From Tetramitus jugosus (Eukaryota > Protista > Heterolobosea), in assembly GCA_937625935.1 (NCBI GenBank), contig OW569392.1, positions 186,001 to 250,000 of the forward strand: a stretch of DNA of 64,000 nt, read 5' to 3'. The notes below the pieces were generated by a model, which was given only the letters and a program-made list of their open reading frames with translations, was not told where the DNA came from and made no database searches. The translations under genes and the position numbers were made by a program. Shown piece after piece: positions 21,505-33,700 of this stretch. Positions within the stretch are counted from its first letter, which is position 1; the number at the start of each line of letters is the position of its first letter.

Positions 21505-24471
21505 ATGACTGAAGCTCTCACTGAACAACAACCAACAACCACAAACACAAACACAACAACAACGATAGATAGTGATGATCATGAAGAATCAACTGTAAGC
21601 TTGATGGATCAACTATTGACTCAACATTCCACAGTCATCCTATTCGCATGTCATTTCAACACTACTTCCATTGAAAATTCAGTTGATAATGATCAACAAC
21701 AACAACAAGAGCAACAACATGATAGTGAAGTAACTTGGATGACTATTCAAACGAGAGATGGTTCAAAATTAGATCAATGCACTGTTCGTGTCGCATCAAC
21801 ATCAACTGAAGCATCATCTTCATCAAGTAATGAACAACAACAACAACAGGATGAAAATGAATCATCAGTGATTGTTGTGACTTCCTTATCGCAAGTCATG
21901 CAAAAGGTAAAATTTTTCACTTTATGTTTCATTGTATTCATCATCACATAATAATGAATGATTCACACGTGTGTTATGTTGTTTTAGTTTGATCAATACT
22001 TGTATGAAAAGTATATTCGTGACAAGAGTGAGTTCTGTCTCGTCTTGTACGACTCTCATGAACAATTGTACAGTAAACATGGTCTGTATCACATGGCAGA
22101 GTCACTTGGTATTCGATTGGCAGCACATTATCAATCCTTTTATGATTTGAAGAATATTTTGGTGCTCAACAACAACAATAGCAGTTCAAATGATGATGAA
22201 AATGATGTGAATAATAATAGTAATAGTAGTAATGATGATAATAAGGTAAATGATACCATTTCCAAGTGTAAACAAATGCAACAAGTGTTTATTAGTAAGC
22301 ACAATCAAATTGTGCAGCACTCTCAGGAGAAGATTAAGAATTTCAAGTTGTCTGTTGAATCACCGGAATGGACCGGTAGAATTGCATCGACGACAAAGCC
22401 CATTAGCACACCAGTGATTCGATTAAGAGGGTTGCCATGGACGTGCAGCGAAGAGGATATTGCAGAGTTTTTTGCTGGGAGAAAACTTGCTTCCAAATCA
22501 TTGAATCCATCCTTTGCTTCCTCTTATGCTGCTTCTTTGAATGAGAGTGAGTTGCAAGAATCAGAACAACAAGAGCAACCACAAGAAGAAGAAGAAGAAA
22601 AATTGGAAAATGAACAAGAATCAGTCGGAGAGAACAAACAGCAACAGCAGGAAGAAGAAGCAGTTGAGAGACATGAAGAAGTTGACAATGAAAACAATCA
22701 AGAAGAACAAGTAGTGGATTTGATTGGAGCTAAAGATGCCAGTGATGCCAACGTGTTGCTCGTGCTCAACTCGTATGGTCGTGCCACTGGTGAAGCTTAT
22801 GTTGAGTTTGTTTCGGCAGCGGAAGCAAAATTGGCATTTGACAAGGATCGAGCCACCATGAAGCACAGATATATTGAGATTTTTGCGAGCTCAAAGCACG
22901 AAATGGAACAAGTGAGATGTGGAATTGAGCACGATTTGGGAGCACTCGGTGATTCTACAGTGATTCGAATGAGAGGACTACCGTACAAGGCCAATGTTTC
23001 ACACATTGAACAGTTTTTTGACGGATTGGAGATTGGTACTTTTCCTAGAAGATCAAGGAGTCAACCCAATGGACAAGTCGTCTATCACAAGAAGATTTTG
23101 ATTGTGATTGGACAGGATGGAAAATCAACTGGTGATGCCTATGTGGAGTTTGTAGATGTTGCCGTGTTGAAGGAAGCACTCAAGAGAAACAAGGAAAAGA
23201 TTTTCAATCGTTATATCGAGTTGTTTAGGAGTACGATTGCAGAGATGAATGCTGCTCGATTGTACTCGAAGCGTTACAGCTATCAGTATCAAATTCAACA
23301 GCAGCAACAGCAACAACCTGGTATGGAGTATGCTCCAGTGTACAATGGTTATCCTCCACATCCACAACAACCATATCGTCGTTATCCTCGTCAGCATCAC
23401 AACAATGGTAACTATCAACCAGAGTACATGGGACATCAAATGGGATACTATGAGAATGACAATAACAATAATGAGGTAAATGAGATGGATGAACAGCAGC
23501 AACATGATGAACAGTTGGTTGTGAGTGACCATGTAGTGCGATTGACCAATTTGTCCATTCAATTCGATGAAAAGTATATTGCTGAATTGTTTTCGATACT
23601 GGGTATCGAAATTGTACCACAGGGAATTCATTTGGTGATTGATGATAATGAAGTGTCGACTGGTGAAGCTTTTGTTGAATTGTATTCTGAAGATGATGTG
23701 GATACTGCTGTTTTGAGCTTGACAGAGACCTTGAAAGCAGATGGCGCACAAGTGACAAAGTCTAGTGCACAAGAGCTAGTCTCTCCATCGAATTCATTGT
23801 CTCCTGAAGAGACTGAAGAAACCTATGATTCATCATTGGAGTCTGAACATCAACAACAACAACAAGAGGAACACATTGTCGAGGAAGAGGTGCAGTCCGA
23901 TGTGCAATACCGAGAGTATTCTCAACAGCAATCACAGGGATACCACAATCATCATCCTCAGCATCAGCAGCACCATCATTACCAGAATCGACAACAGCAT
24001 CATTATCCACAACAACAACAGCAGCAGCAACACAAGCCTCATTATCATTATAGTAATTATCATCAACGATCCAATTATAATCATCATAATCATCATCACA
24101 ATGGTAACTATCATTATCATAATAACAACAGATCGCAGCAGTATCACCACCATTACAACAATGCAAATCATTACCACCAACATCAATACGCAGGAATACC
24201 GCAGTATCAACAAGAACAAGAAATGAATGAATACAATCAGCAGCCCCAAAACGCTTATGTTGAACAATTGGACTATTCCTCTGGTGGTATGCAACCACAG
24301 CAACAGTACCATCATTACAAACCAAGAAGAGGCAACTATAGAGGTGGAGGAGCACAAAGACACACAACACAAAGATATAACAACAATTACCAAGGTACGC
24401 ATTACCACTCACATCAACAACCATATCACCCAACAGCAAGTGAGCACGAAACTAATACCGGCTCAGAATAA
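21505..24471 (+). CDS. ESRP/Fusilli-like splicing regulator: degenerate N-terminal DnaQ/exonuclease-like domain + three quasi-RRMs + Q/H/N/Y-rich tail; exons 21505-21906 and 21988-24471
   Basis: qRRMs VIRLRGLPW..GRATGEAYVEF..RYIEIF, VIRMRGLPY..TGDAYVEF..RYIELF, VVRLTNL..TGEAFVEL. N-terminal VILF..SLSQVMQK|FDQ..EFCL..YQSFYDLK parallels the ESRP1 N-terminal domain. 81-nt GTAAAA..TAG intron. Confidence 0.8.
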
Positions 24472-24616
24472 ATTATGATTCTTATTATTGTCAATTAACG
24501 AACCTCAATTTTGTGATTGTATTCAGTAATAGATTGTTTTGTGTGTCAGAGGAATAAACAAGAATGAACAGAAATTGTCTTTATGGTGACGAAGAGTAGA
24601 TAGCAAAAGTTTGTGC

Positions 24617-27022
24617 CTAAGTGTCGTTCGTGCTCGATTGTTGTTCCTCTTGCTGTTCCTTATTGTCTTGGCTGTTGAGTTTTTGCTGCTTAGTCGGCGA
24701 CTTGTTTGAAATGCTGCGATAAGCATGACTCATCATTGAGAACATGTCACTATACAATTGTTGCTCTTGATTGTAATGTGAGTGATGATGAGTGCTACTA
24801 CTCGTACTGGTAGTAGAGGTCACAGTACTACTGCTGCTAGTACTGATGTTGGTCTGAGCATGATCGTGACGATGATGCTCATGATGAGATGATGAAGGTC
24901 GAATCGCATTTAAATGATTATTAACATTCAAATGACTATTCTTAATGCTGTTATGTTGATGATCGTTGTGATTGCTGTTGATAACATGTTGAGAAGATGA
25001 TGAGAAAATGGTAGATGATTGTTCAGAGTGTTTCAGTTGTTGACTCTGTTGATCATTGAGCAATGAATCATTGTTGTTGACTGATTCAGCTGATTTTGTT
25101 GAATGACTGTCAGATGATTCACCAGTGGTATTCATAGTATTCATAGTAGTGCACAATGGATCATTATGAATACTATTACGACTATTATTGTTCTGAGTAT
25201 TATCAGATGGTTCTAACTTGATGGCAATCTTATTCGTATTCAACACTAATGGTGGTGACTTGTGAGTATCATTCGCATCATCCATAATACTTGTTTCGCT
25301 CTTTGTGGATTTAATCATTGATTTAGTATCTGAAACAGGAGTATTATTATCAGTACTACTACTACTACTTCTACTATTATTATGCTCATTATCATTCTTG
25401 TTATCCTGCTTTGATTGTTCATCTTCCTCTTCTTCTTCTTCTTCACTTCGTTTTCTCTTGTGACTCATTTGTTGCTGTTGTTGTGGATGCTGTTGAGTTG
25501 AATCATTCAATAGTAATGATTGTTGTTGATTCACCTTGTTCATCGTTGTTATACTTGATGATGAAGAGGGTGATGGTGTCAACAATAGAGAAGGAGATGA
25601 TGAGAAATGGTTTGTCGCATTTTGTTGTTGTTGTTGTTGTTGTATCGATTGATTACTAGTATTACTATTATTACTATTATTACTATTATTACTGGTATTG
25701 TAATGGTTAGTGCCTTTCCTGCTAATGTTCCGAACAACGTCCTTGCACTCAAAATTCTTTTCCTTGCATCGTTGACAGGGTCGTTCACCAGAACATGCCT
25801 TGTGATGTTTTCTGCACATTTCACACGCATAAATAATCTTTTTCTCATTGTATCCAATGTGAAATACACTACTCATGGCTGCACTACCCACTACAATCAT
25901 GTTATTGTTAACTGCACTTGAATTTTTGTTGTTATTAATAATTTGATTTTGTTGTGGTTGTTGTTGAGAAGTATTAGTTGTGGTTGTTGTTGTTGTTGTT
26001 GTGATATCGATAATAGATGGTGATGATATACTTTTTGTTGTATTCATGTTGTTAGATGATGATGATGATAAGACGGGAGAAGATGCGTATTGGAACCATT
26101 TGACTGGTTTTGTAACCGATTTGGTGACTATAGATAACTGTTGTTGTGGTTGTGGTTGTAAAGGTGATGGTTGATAAGTAGCTAATGGTGACGGTTGATG
26201 ATGTCGCACTTCAGAATTGTTATAAATATTGTTCGCAGTAGTTTGATTATACCGATGTTGTTGTTGAATGGTATTGTTATTATTATGAGTTGGAAAAGTA
26301 TGATTGAGAGAGTGTTGACCAATATGACTGTTACCACTTGACTTGTTAACTTCAGTTCCTCCACCATCATCTACTGAAGAAGAGCGACGATGCTTTTCAT
26401 GATAATAATTCGAATACGTGACTTCTTCCTGATAAGAAGACGATGCTTCATGATGATACTTTACAACAGCAGCAGCACTAGTAGTAGGATTAAACTGTTG
26501 TTGAAAAGGTTGGCGCTGATGATTATTATTTGTTGTTGTATTCATAGTTGAATGGTAATCATAAGGTGGTGGAGGTGTAGTTGACATTGTAGCATGTCGT
26601 TGTGGATGATAATGAGGTGATAATGGGGATAGAGATGATGATGACGGAGAATGATGGTAGGGATAATTATTATGGTTATATTGGGTATTATTGCCATAAT
26701 TGTTATGATGATGATTGTTAAATAAAAGAGAGGGTGATGACAATGATGAAATGGACGGCAATATTGCAGGAGTATTGTTTCGTCTCATGATTGGAGAAGT
26801 AGTGGTACTCGTTGACATCATTGTTGTTGTCGTTGTGGCCATGGGTTGTTGTTGACGAGGTGAATAGACTGAGAGTGGAGATAATGCTGATGATAAGGGA
26901 GAGTGTACGATGGGAACATTTGATTGTTGTGGTGGTTGGTACGCATGTGGTGGTGATGGATATTGAGGAGGGTGTTGTTGCTGGTGATGAGGATGTTGTG
27001 GCTGTTGTTGGTCTCTTCTCAT
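24617..27022 (-). CDS. Zn(II)2Cys6 (GAL4-type) transcription factor with low-complexity flanks
   Basis: ACEMCRKHHKACSGERPCQRCKEKNFEC at about 25745-25829; NLS-like HKRKR; the rest is Q/N/S/H-rich. Confidence 0.88.
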   Translation of the reverse strand: MRRDQQQPQHPHHQQQHPPQYPSPPHAYQPPQQSNVPIVHSPLSSALSPLSVYSPRQQQPMATTTTTMMSTSTTTSPIMRRNNTPAILPSISSLSSPSLLFNNHHHNNYGNNTQYNHNNYPYHHSPSSSSLSPLSPHYHPQRHATMSTTPPPPYDYHSTMNTTTNNNHQRQPFQQQFNPTTSAAAVVKYHHEASSSYQEEVTYSNYYHEKHRRSSSVDDGGGTEVNKSSGNSHIGQHSLNHTFPTHNNNNTIQQQHRYNQTTANNIYNNSEVRHHQPSPLATYQPSPLQPQPQQQLSIVTKSVTKPVKWFQYASSPVLSSSSSNNMNTTKSISSPSIIDITTTTTTTTTNTSQQQPQQNQIINNNKNSSAVNNNMIVVGSAAMSSVFHIGYNEKKIIYACEMCRKHHKACSGERPCQRCKEKNFECKDVVRNISRKGTNHYNTSNNSNNSNNSNTSNQSIQQQQQQQNATNHFSSSPSLLLTPSPSSSSSITTMNKVNQQQSLLLNDSTQQHPQQQQQMSHKRKRSEEEEEEEDEQSKQDNKNDNEHNNSRSSSSSTDNNTPVSDTKSMIKSTKSETSIMDDANDTHKSPPLVLNTNKIAIKLEPSDNTQNNNSRNSIHNDPLCTTMNTMNTTGESSDSHSTKSAESVNNNDSLLNDQQSQQLKHSEQSSTIFSSSSQHVINSNHNDHQHNSIKNSHLNVNNHLNAIRPSSSHHEHHRHDHAQTNISTSSSSTVTSTTSTSSSTHHHSHYNQEQQLYSDMFSMMSHAYRSISNKSPTKQQKLNSQDNKEQQEEQQSSTNDT

Positions 27023-27709
27023 GTTCAAATCTGAGAGATAGGGACCAATTTCATGAGGGGCGATTGTTTGTGTTTAAACAAATGATGGTATCTTGCTTTT
27101 CTGATGAATTGATGGGATCAATCAGTGCGAATTTTATAAAGGAGAGTACGACTTGAAACAACAACTTGCGTGATGGTTGGGTTGCTTGGTTGCTGCTGGG
27201 CGGCCTCGAGGACAAATCGGTTTTAGGTTGAGATTTTCACAAGCAAGGTTTTCTTTTTTGTTTTGGTGATCAATTTCACAGACACACCTTTACTGAAGCG
27301 TATTCCAATTACCTCGTCCTGGGGTTCAACTTTCTGCAGGCGCCTTTTATCCTGGTGATTTCGGCAAGGGTTCGACCTAACATGGAAGTGGCCCTCCCTT
27401 GGCGTATCTCCAAAAATTCTTTTCACATGTGAATTGGGTGCAGAGCCCGATTGGTGAAAACAACTCTCGCACAACAGAAGCTCTGCATATGCAACGTTGC
27501 TGGACTCTTGTGGCGACGGTGTACGTGCGGGAATTTGGATCCGTTGCACTGGTTAACTTGCCCCTTTTCGTGGTTTTTTGTTTGCGGCGAATTATTGTTG
27601 AGATCTACTTTCCTTTTAAGGCAGTTCCGAAGAAAGAAACTCGCGGAGTGACAGGCCAAAAGATCAGAGACATTCGTCCGGTGACCGAATGCAATCTTTG
27701 ATGTATTCA

Positions 27710-30700
27710 CTAATCCGTATCTGCACTTTCCAGGATTTGGACCAACTTTGGCAGAAGATGCCGAGCCAGCAAACCTAATTCTAGCTTGTCTTCCTCTGAC
27801 TCAACTACGATGGATCTGTCTGATAGCGAGGAGGTAAACAACCATCCTGTCACTGTTTTTTGTTGTGCTTCCAGTGTAAGTTTCAATACGAGTGTCGTAC
27901 TGTCTCTTGACAGGGAGCACGTACAAAAATCTTGCAGTGCATGTTTCCACTGAACTGTCAAGTCAGACAGTCGAGAACAGATGATCCAGTTGCGAGTCAC
28001 AAGCACAATTGTGTTCGCACTTGGGAGTGTTACATGGAATTCATATGGTTCTCTAGATCGATAATAGGCCTGGTCACTCAATGAGTAGAGCATCGATTGT
28101 CCATGTGCTGCACGAGCGTCATAAGAGAGCAGACAATAATTATGGAAGGCTCGCGGCTCCCGTGATCTTTTCTTGTCTTCTCGTTCGAAGTAGGTAGTTG
28201 TGTTTCTGATTCCTTCTGTCGTGCTGTGTGCAAAGTCGAATAGGGCAGCCACGGGCTTGACGGGTACTCCAATGATACCCTTGCCAACACCGGTGAAGAA
28301 ACCGGAGACACCATCATTCATTGCACCTTCGATTGGTTTTGTTAACACACCAGACGCTCCTTCAATAATGCCGGATCCAAGTGCTTGAAAGCCAGAGAGT
28401 AATCCTTCTCCAACATGCTTTGGTTTGATGTGCGCAGTTTTGCTTCTTTGTTTCAAGTAGGTCTCATCCATACTCAGAATACTAATTCCATTACCAATTG
28501 ATTCAGTCACCTTACTTGCAGTGTTACTAAAACCGTGGACTGTGTGCTTCATTAGACTCAGAGAACCCTTTGCTAATCCTCTTGTAAACTCATCCGATGA
28601 TTCACTCACAGAATCCATTGGCTCATAGAACATGTCATAAACACCAGAGTCGATATCTACAATATTCACAGGGATGATAATACACAAATACACCATTTTA
28701 CAACAAGTTAATAAAACAATAAGTTCATGAACAATCACCAAAATGAAGTAAGTTTCAACAGACCATTGAAAAGTCCAATCGGATTACCAATCGAAGAGAA
28801 CGAGCCCAACAACTTATACATTTCCGATAGAGCGTTCTTGGTATAATGCTTCTGTATGGATTCTGTCAAGGCTTCTCGACTTAAGAAGGGATGCTGTAGA
28901 ATAAGAGCGTTGAGGCGAATGGGTGCTTGATCAATATTGGCATGGAGATGAGCACCAATCGTTTGTAATACCAGAAGTGTTGGATTCTCACGTTTTGAGG
29001 GATTATTCTGATCTACACCTTCCTCTGCTGACTCTTCATCCACTTGATTAAATAGGAAACTAAAGTTGAATCGGATAGGATGCAACTGCATCAGTTCAAA
29101 ATACACCTTCTTGTGCTCACCAATACTGAGCTGTTGTTCCAATAATACAGCAGCAGGGTCGCTGTTGAGGTCAATATTGTGTACTTGAATGTCACCTGGC
29201 TTATAGATTTGCTGCCGTTGCTGATTGTTTTGGCTAGAATTGGTGATCAGTGTAGTAGAATCCAGGACACTCATGAGATTGTTTGTCAGATTGTGCATCC
29301 GATTCATAAGCTTAAAATCAAAGGCAAGGTCAGCTTCTTGCATACAGAAAGAAAAGTATGGGATGCAATCATAGGTGGTCTCCTTGTGGTTTCGTATCAT
29401 GCTGACATGTATGAAATGCTTTCCAACATCCAATTTCTTAGAGTTAGACAGCAACACGGGATAGGCAGCATTGTTGGTTTGGTTATTGGCTTGCAGTTTG
29501 TGTAGCTTCATTTCAATGTACTGTGTCTGTTCGGTCATTTGCAAGTTGAGAGTAAAATGATCTAGCAGTACATACAATAGCTCTTCAGGATAACTATCAC
29601 TGAGAGACACACCGACACCCTTCAAGTCTATCAGGGCCTCAAACAGTAAATGACTCGATGGATCCATTGATTGACTTGAAGAGGATTGCCTGCTATGTTT
29701 AGCGGACACAGCATGACGTTGTGTTTCCTGCGAGTTTCGCTGAGACTTCTCTTGTACTTTGTGCTCATGTTCTGAGAACTGCAATACTCGAGTGAATCCC
29801 TGAGCTGAAACTTCCGCTGTGATTGACTTCGACGAATCCTTCAACGGTAGTGTCTTGCAATTGGATACAACATCAGCATCTATTGTCGCGCCAGTGTTGT
29901 TGATATGATAGACCATGGTGTGTGGCTTGCTCTGATCTGGCCATGAGAACGGTGCTTTGGTGTTAGGTTTCATTTTAAACAACCCTGTGACACCATGTTG
30001 ACCAAGAACGATATCATGGCTCGTACGGTTGTATAGATAGTATGGAGGATGTTTGGAGACAGCAAAGATGACGAATGTGATTCCTTTTTCTTGATGGGTT
30101 CGAACTGATACATACGTCTTCTTCTTTTTGGGTTGAGAAGGCAGCTTCCTGTTGTGTTTCAAAATAAGAATAACCTCACTATCATCGATTCTGAATGGAA
30201 TCGACCAATCTGTATAATCCAATTGCATCGTCATCATTGTTGCCACTTCCTTTCTTTCCGTCCAATAAAAGCTATGGGTGTCATTTGGCAATAGAGACGA
30301 CTCTGAAGTCGCGCCGTACTGTTTGGCCTTCAGAGGATATTCGGTCCGGTTAACGAGTACGAACTTTGGTGTGAAAGTTACCATTTTCGTTCTTTTGAAC
30401 TTATCAGGACCCAACGTCACAGACATGCCAAGACTCAGCCTATGAGTGCCGTTAGTGGTCTCAATGTCAGTTGAATCACCCACATTGTCAATAGAGAAAG
30501 TTGAGGATGTGAAAGAGTCATTAATCTTGATGTTCACCTTGTTGGAGAAGATAAAGCTACCACTGAGATAGTCGAACAAGAGGGGTTCAATATCATTGCT
30601 AATCTGTGATCGAGGTGTTGAAGGTGGAGATGTTTGCTTGAAGCATTGACCTGAAGTCTCATTTTCACCTTCTCTTAAGCACAGCTTCAAATCGGTATGA

Positions 30701-33700
30701 TTGAGGATCCAATATGAACAATAGACACAAACTTCATGATAAGAGTTTGCCGTGTGACAGTAGTCTAGTCTTAGTATCAGTTTTCCTCCGTTGTGATCTA
30801 AGTTGAGGAATTGACGACTGAGAGGAGCATCTTGCTGCGGGGAGAAGACCAAAGACATATCACTTGTTTGCCATCTTATACTATTCTGTTCCAAAACACA
30901 TTGGAGCCATAACTTCTTCTTAATATTGATATTATACATGTACTTTTTCTCACCACGAGCCAATGTTTGTGACCACAGAGTATTCATTTTGTCTGGATCA
31001 TCACTTGACTTTGATAGAATGGTAAAGTTAGCACTGAGTCCTAACGTGTTTTCTATGGCTAATGGAGCCATAATATTCACTACACAGTCAGAAAATGACT
31101 CATCAATTTTCTTATGTGTTGTTCGAAGAATGCAATACACCTTTTCGGGACTCGAGTTGTTTCTACAATACGGTAAGAAATTCGTGTCGCGTGAGAGCAT
31201 CTTTGTCAATTCATATTCTTTCCTCTTGGAGAACCATTTGAATGTGGCATCATTCGGACGTATTGTGAGGAAGGAGGATGATACCAGAAGGTGACATGGA
31301 ACATAAACGTGCATACCGGGCAACACCAACGCGAAAGGAGTCACAGTTGTGTTTGCATCATTGTATGTTCCTAGATCCCAGGCCCGAGTTGTATTATTTA
31401 CAATTTGCACACCTGAATGGATCGTAATTACCTTTCTTCCATTCACGAGCGTAATGTCAATACACAATGGAGTATTTCTACCAAGAGCTGGTACGGTGAA
31501 GAAGTACTTCCTATCCTTGTTCGCTAGAATCTTTTTCACAACTCCTTCGATGGAAACAAATACATAGTGATCAACATTCTTAAAGTCCTTTGTTCTGAAG
31601 TTTGAGAAACCAAACTTTAGTTCTTGATCATGAACAAGCTCTACGTTCTTACTCATATCGCTTTGCTTTGAGAATAGCGCTTTGAGACCACTCTGGTTTT
31701 GTATGGAGAATGGTTCAAATTTCATGGAGATAGGATTGTGGGGTTGCTTGAATCCATCGATCCATGAGCGAGATGTTGAAATTGCATTCTCTAACATCTG
31801 CTGGGTAATATTTACATTGATCACCTGTTGACATTTGAATTGTAAACTGTTGACTTCCGTTGACTTCTTTTGTAGATGTCTTGGTTGTCGAGTGAGCATA
31901 ATTGAAAGTGGAACTTTCTCAATGATCGGTTCCCATTCCGCGTACTTAAAGTTGTAGTAGTTTGCAAAGCACGAGAAATGGAAAGAGGAGTCTACTTCGA
32001 TTCGGGTTCCATCTTGAATAATCTGGGTTGATGTGTCAATATCAGACAAGTGAATGTCAGTCAGAGGCAGATCGTAACCCAAAATATCATCCACGAGGAG
32101 CACTGCTAGATCGTTGGAGGATTTGAACTGAACGGACAGAACTGACTGATGAGGAGCAAGTTGAGACTTTAGCGCTTCTTCGATGTTGATGAGTGCCTTG
32201 TGTTCACTGTGTTGTTCCTCGCTGATGAGCTCAAAGTCATCCAACTCTCGATCTTGATCAACAAGTTTCTTTGATTGATACATGTTGGCGTATTCTTTGA
32301 ATCGTTCAACAATTGAAAGGACCATCCGAATGTCTTGATACGATACTCTTGCTCTTCCACCTTGGTTCAAATCGAAAACAACACTCCTTTCTGTACGTTC
32401 TTCCGTTAACACAGACGACAGATGACACAAAATGCGGATCGGTTCGACAATTGCTATAGGTTCAGCATTGGAGTTGTTTTGTTTGACATAGATTGTCGTT
32501 CCATCAATATCGAAATGTGCTTTCTCTTCCATTGGATTTTTGCTGAAGTAACCCTCAAATGCTGACTCGAAAACAATAACCTTGCAGTTGATGTCTGTGC
32601 TGTCAGAGGGTAACAGTACCTCTGGTTTGCCAAATATAGTGGTGAGTTCGAATGAGTGTTTGGTAACCGTTAGACGCTCCTTGAGAATAGAATGCATAGG
32701 CGATTCTGCTTCTTCAACGGGAGAAGATGTTGAGGATTCGGAGGATGATTCTGTTATGCTATTGGCGTGACAAGCGTTATCTACTGATAACTGTGACATT
32801 GAATTAAATGGATTCGAGCTGGCTGAATAGTTTGCATTGGCAAAAAAGTTTTTGAACTCGATCACAACTTCAGGTACACAGAATATCTGGGGATCAGACA
32901 ACACAAGAGACACTGTTGTTTTTAGATTTTGTGGAGTGTGTCTAACACACAGTTTGAGACATTCCTTTTGCTTCTCGTTGAGACTTCGGGAGTCAAATAT
33001 TGTTTTGAACTGGTTGTTCGTATTAATTCGAGTATCCACACCCAGAATATATCCCAGAACAGCATCAGTCTGTATCGATTCATCTGAATGGAACAAGTTG
33101 TGAACATTCAGCTCTGAGATTGTTAGCTCTGCAATGGGATCATATTCATTCTCTTCATTCTTGCCATTACCTCTCAACAGACTAACAATCATCTGTGGCA
33201 CTTTCACACTGACGACTGATTTAACTCTCACAACATCTGATGATATTAATTCATCATCATCGTACTGACCAAACTTTTCAACTTCCTCATTCTTGGATAT
33301 CTGACTATTGTTTCCTCCAGTTATTCCGATATTGGAGAGAAGTTTATCCTCAATCTCATGAATCATTTGTTTGGCTTGGGAAGAGGGCATAGCTGATTGG
33401 TTGATGGAGTCGGACATCATTCGTTTTGATTGATCGATTCCTGCCTTAATATTGTCATTAACAATATCAAAAATCAGTTGATACTGCTCTTCGGACATCT
33501 TAAACTTAACTTTGGAGATTTCAATGTCCACTTGATTGTTTGGAATTGAATTATCAGGGTTGATAAGCACAGTTTTTGTACGAACAGTGATATCTACATC
33601 GTCTACGACGTGCTGGGATCTTTCATTCTTGCCATGACTACTTGTGAGATGCATATTTTTCAAAGAGTAAGCGATGCCATCAATCAAGTTGTCATTGGAG

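Noticed and set aside
27290-27420. Sm-site-like AATTTTTGG (minus strand) and a B-box-like GGTTCGA
   Set aside because: No U2 branch-pairing GTAGTA, no U1/U5 hallmark loops and no tRNA cloverleaf could be built.
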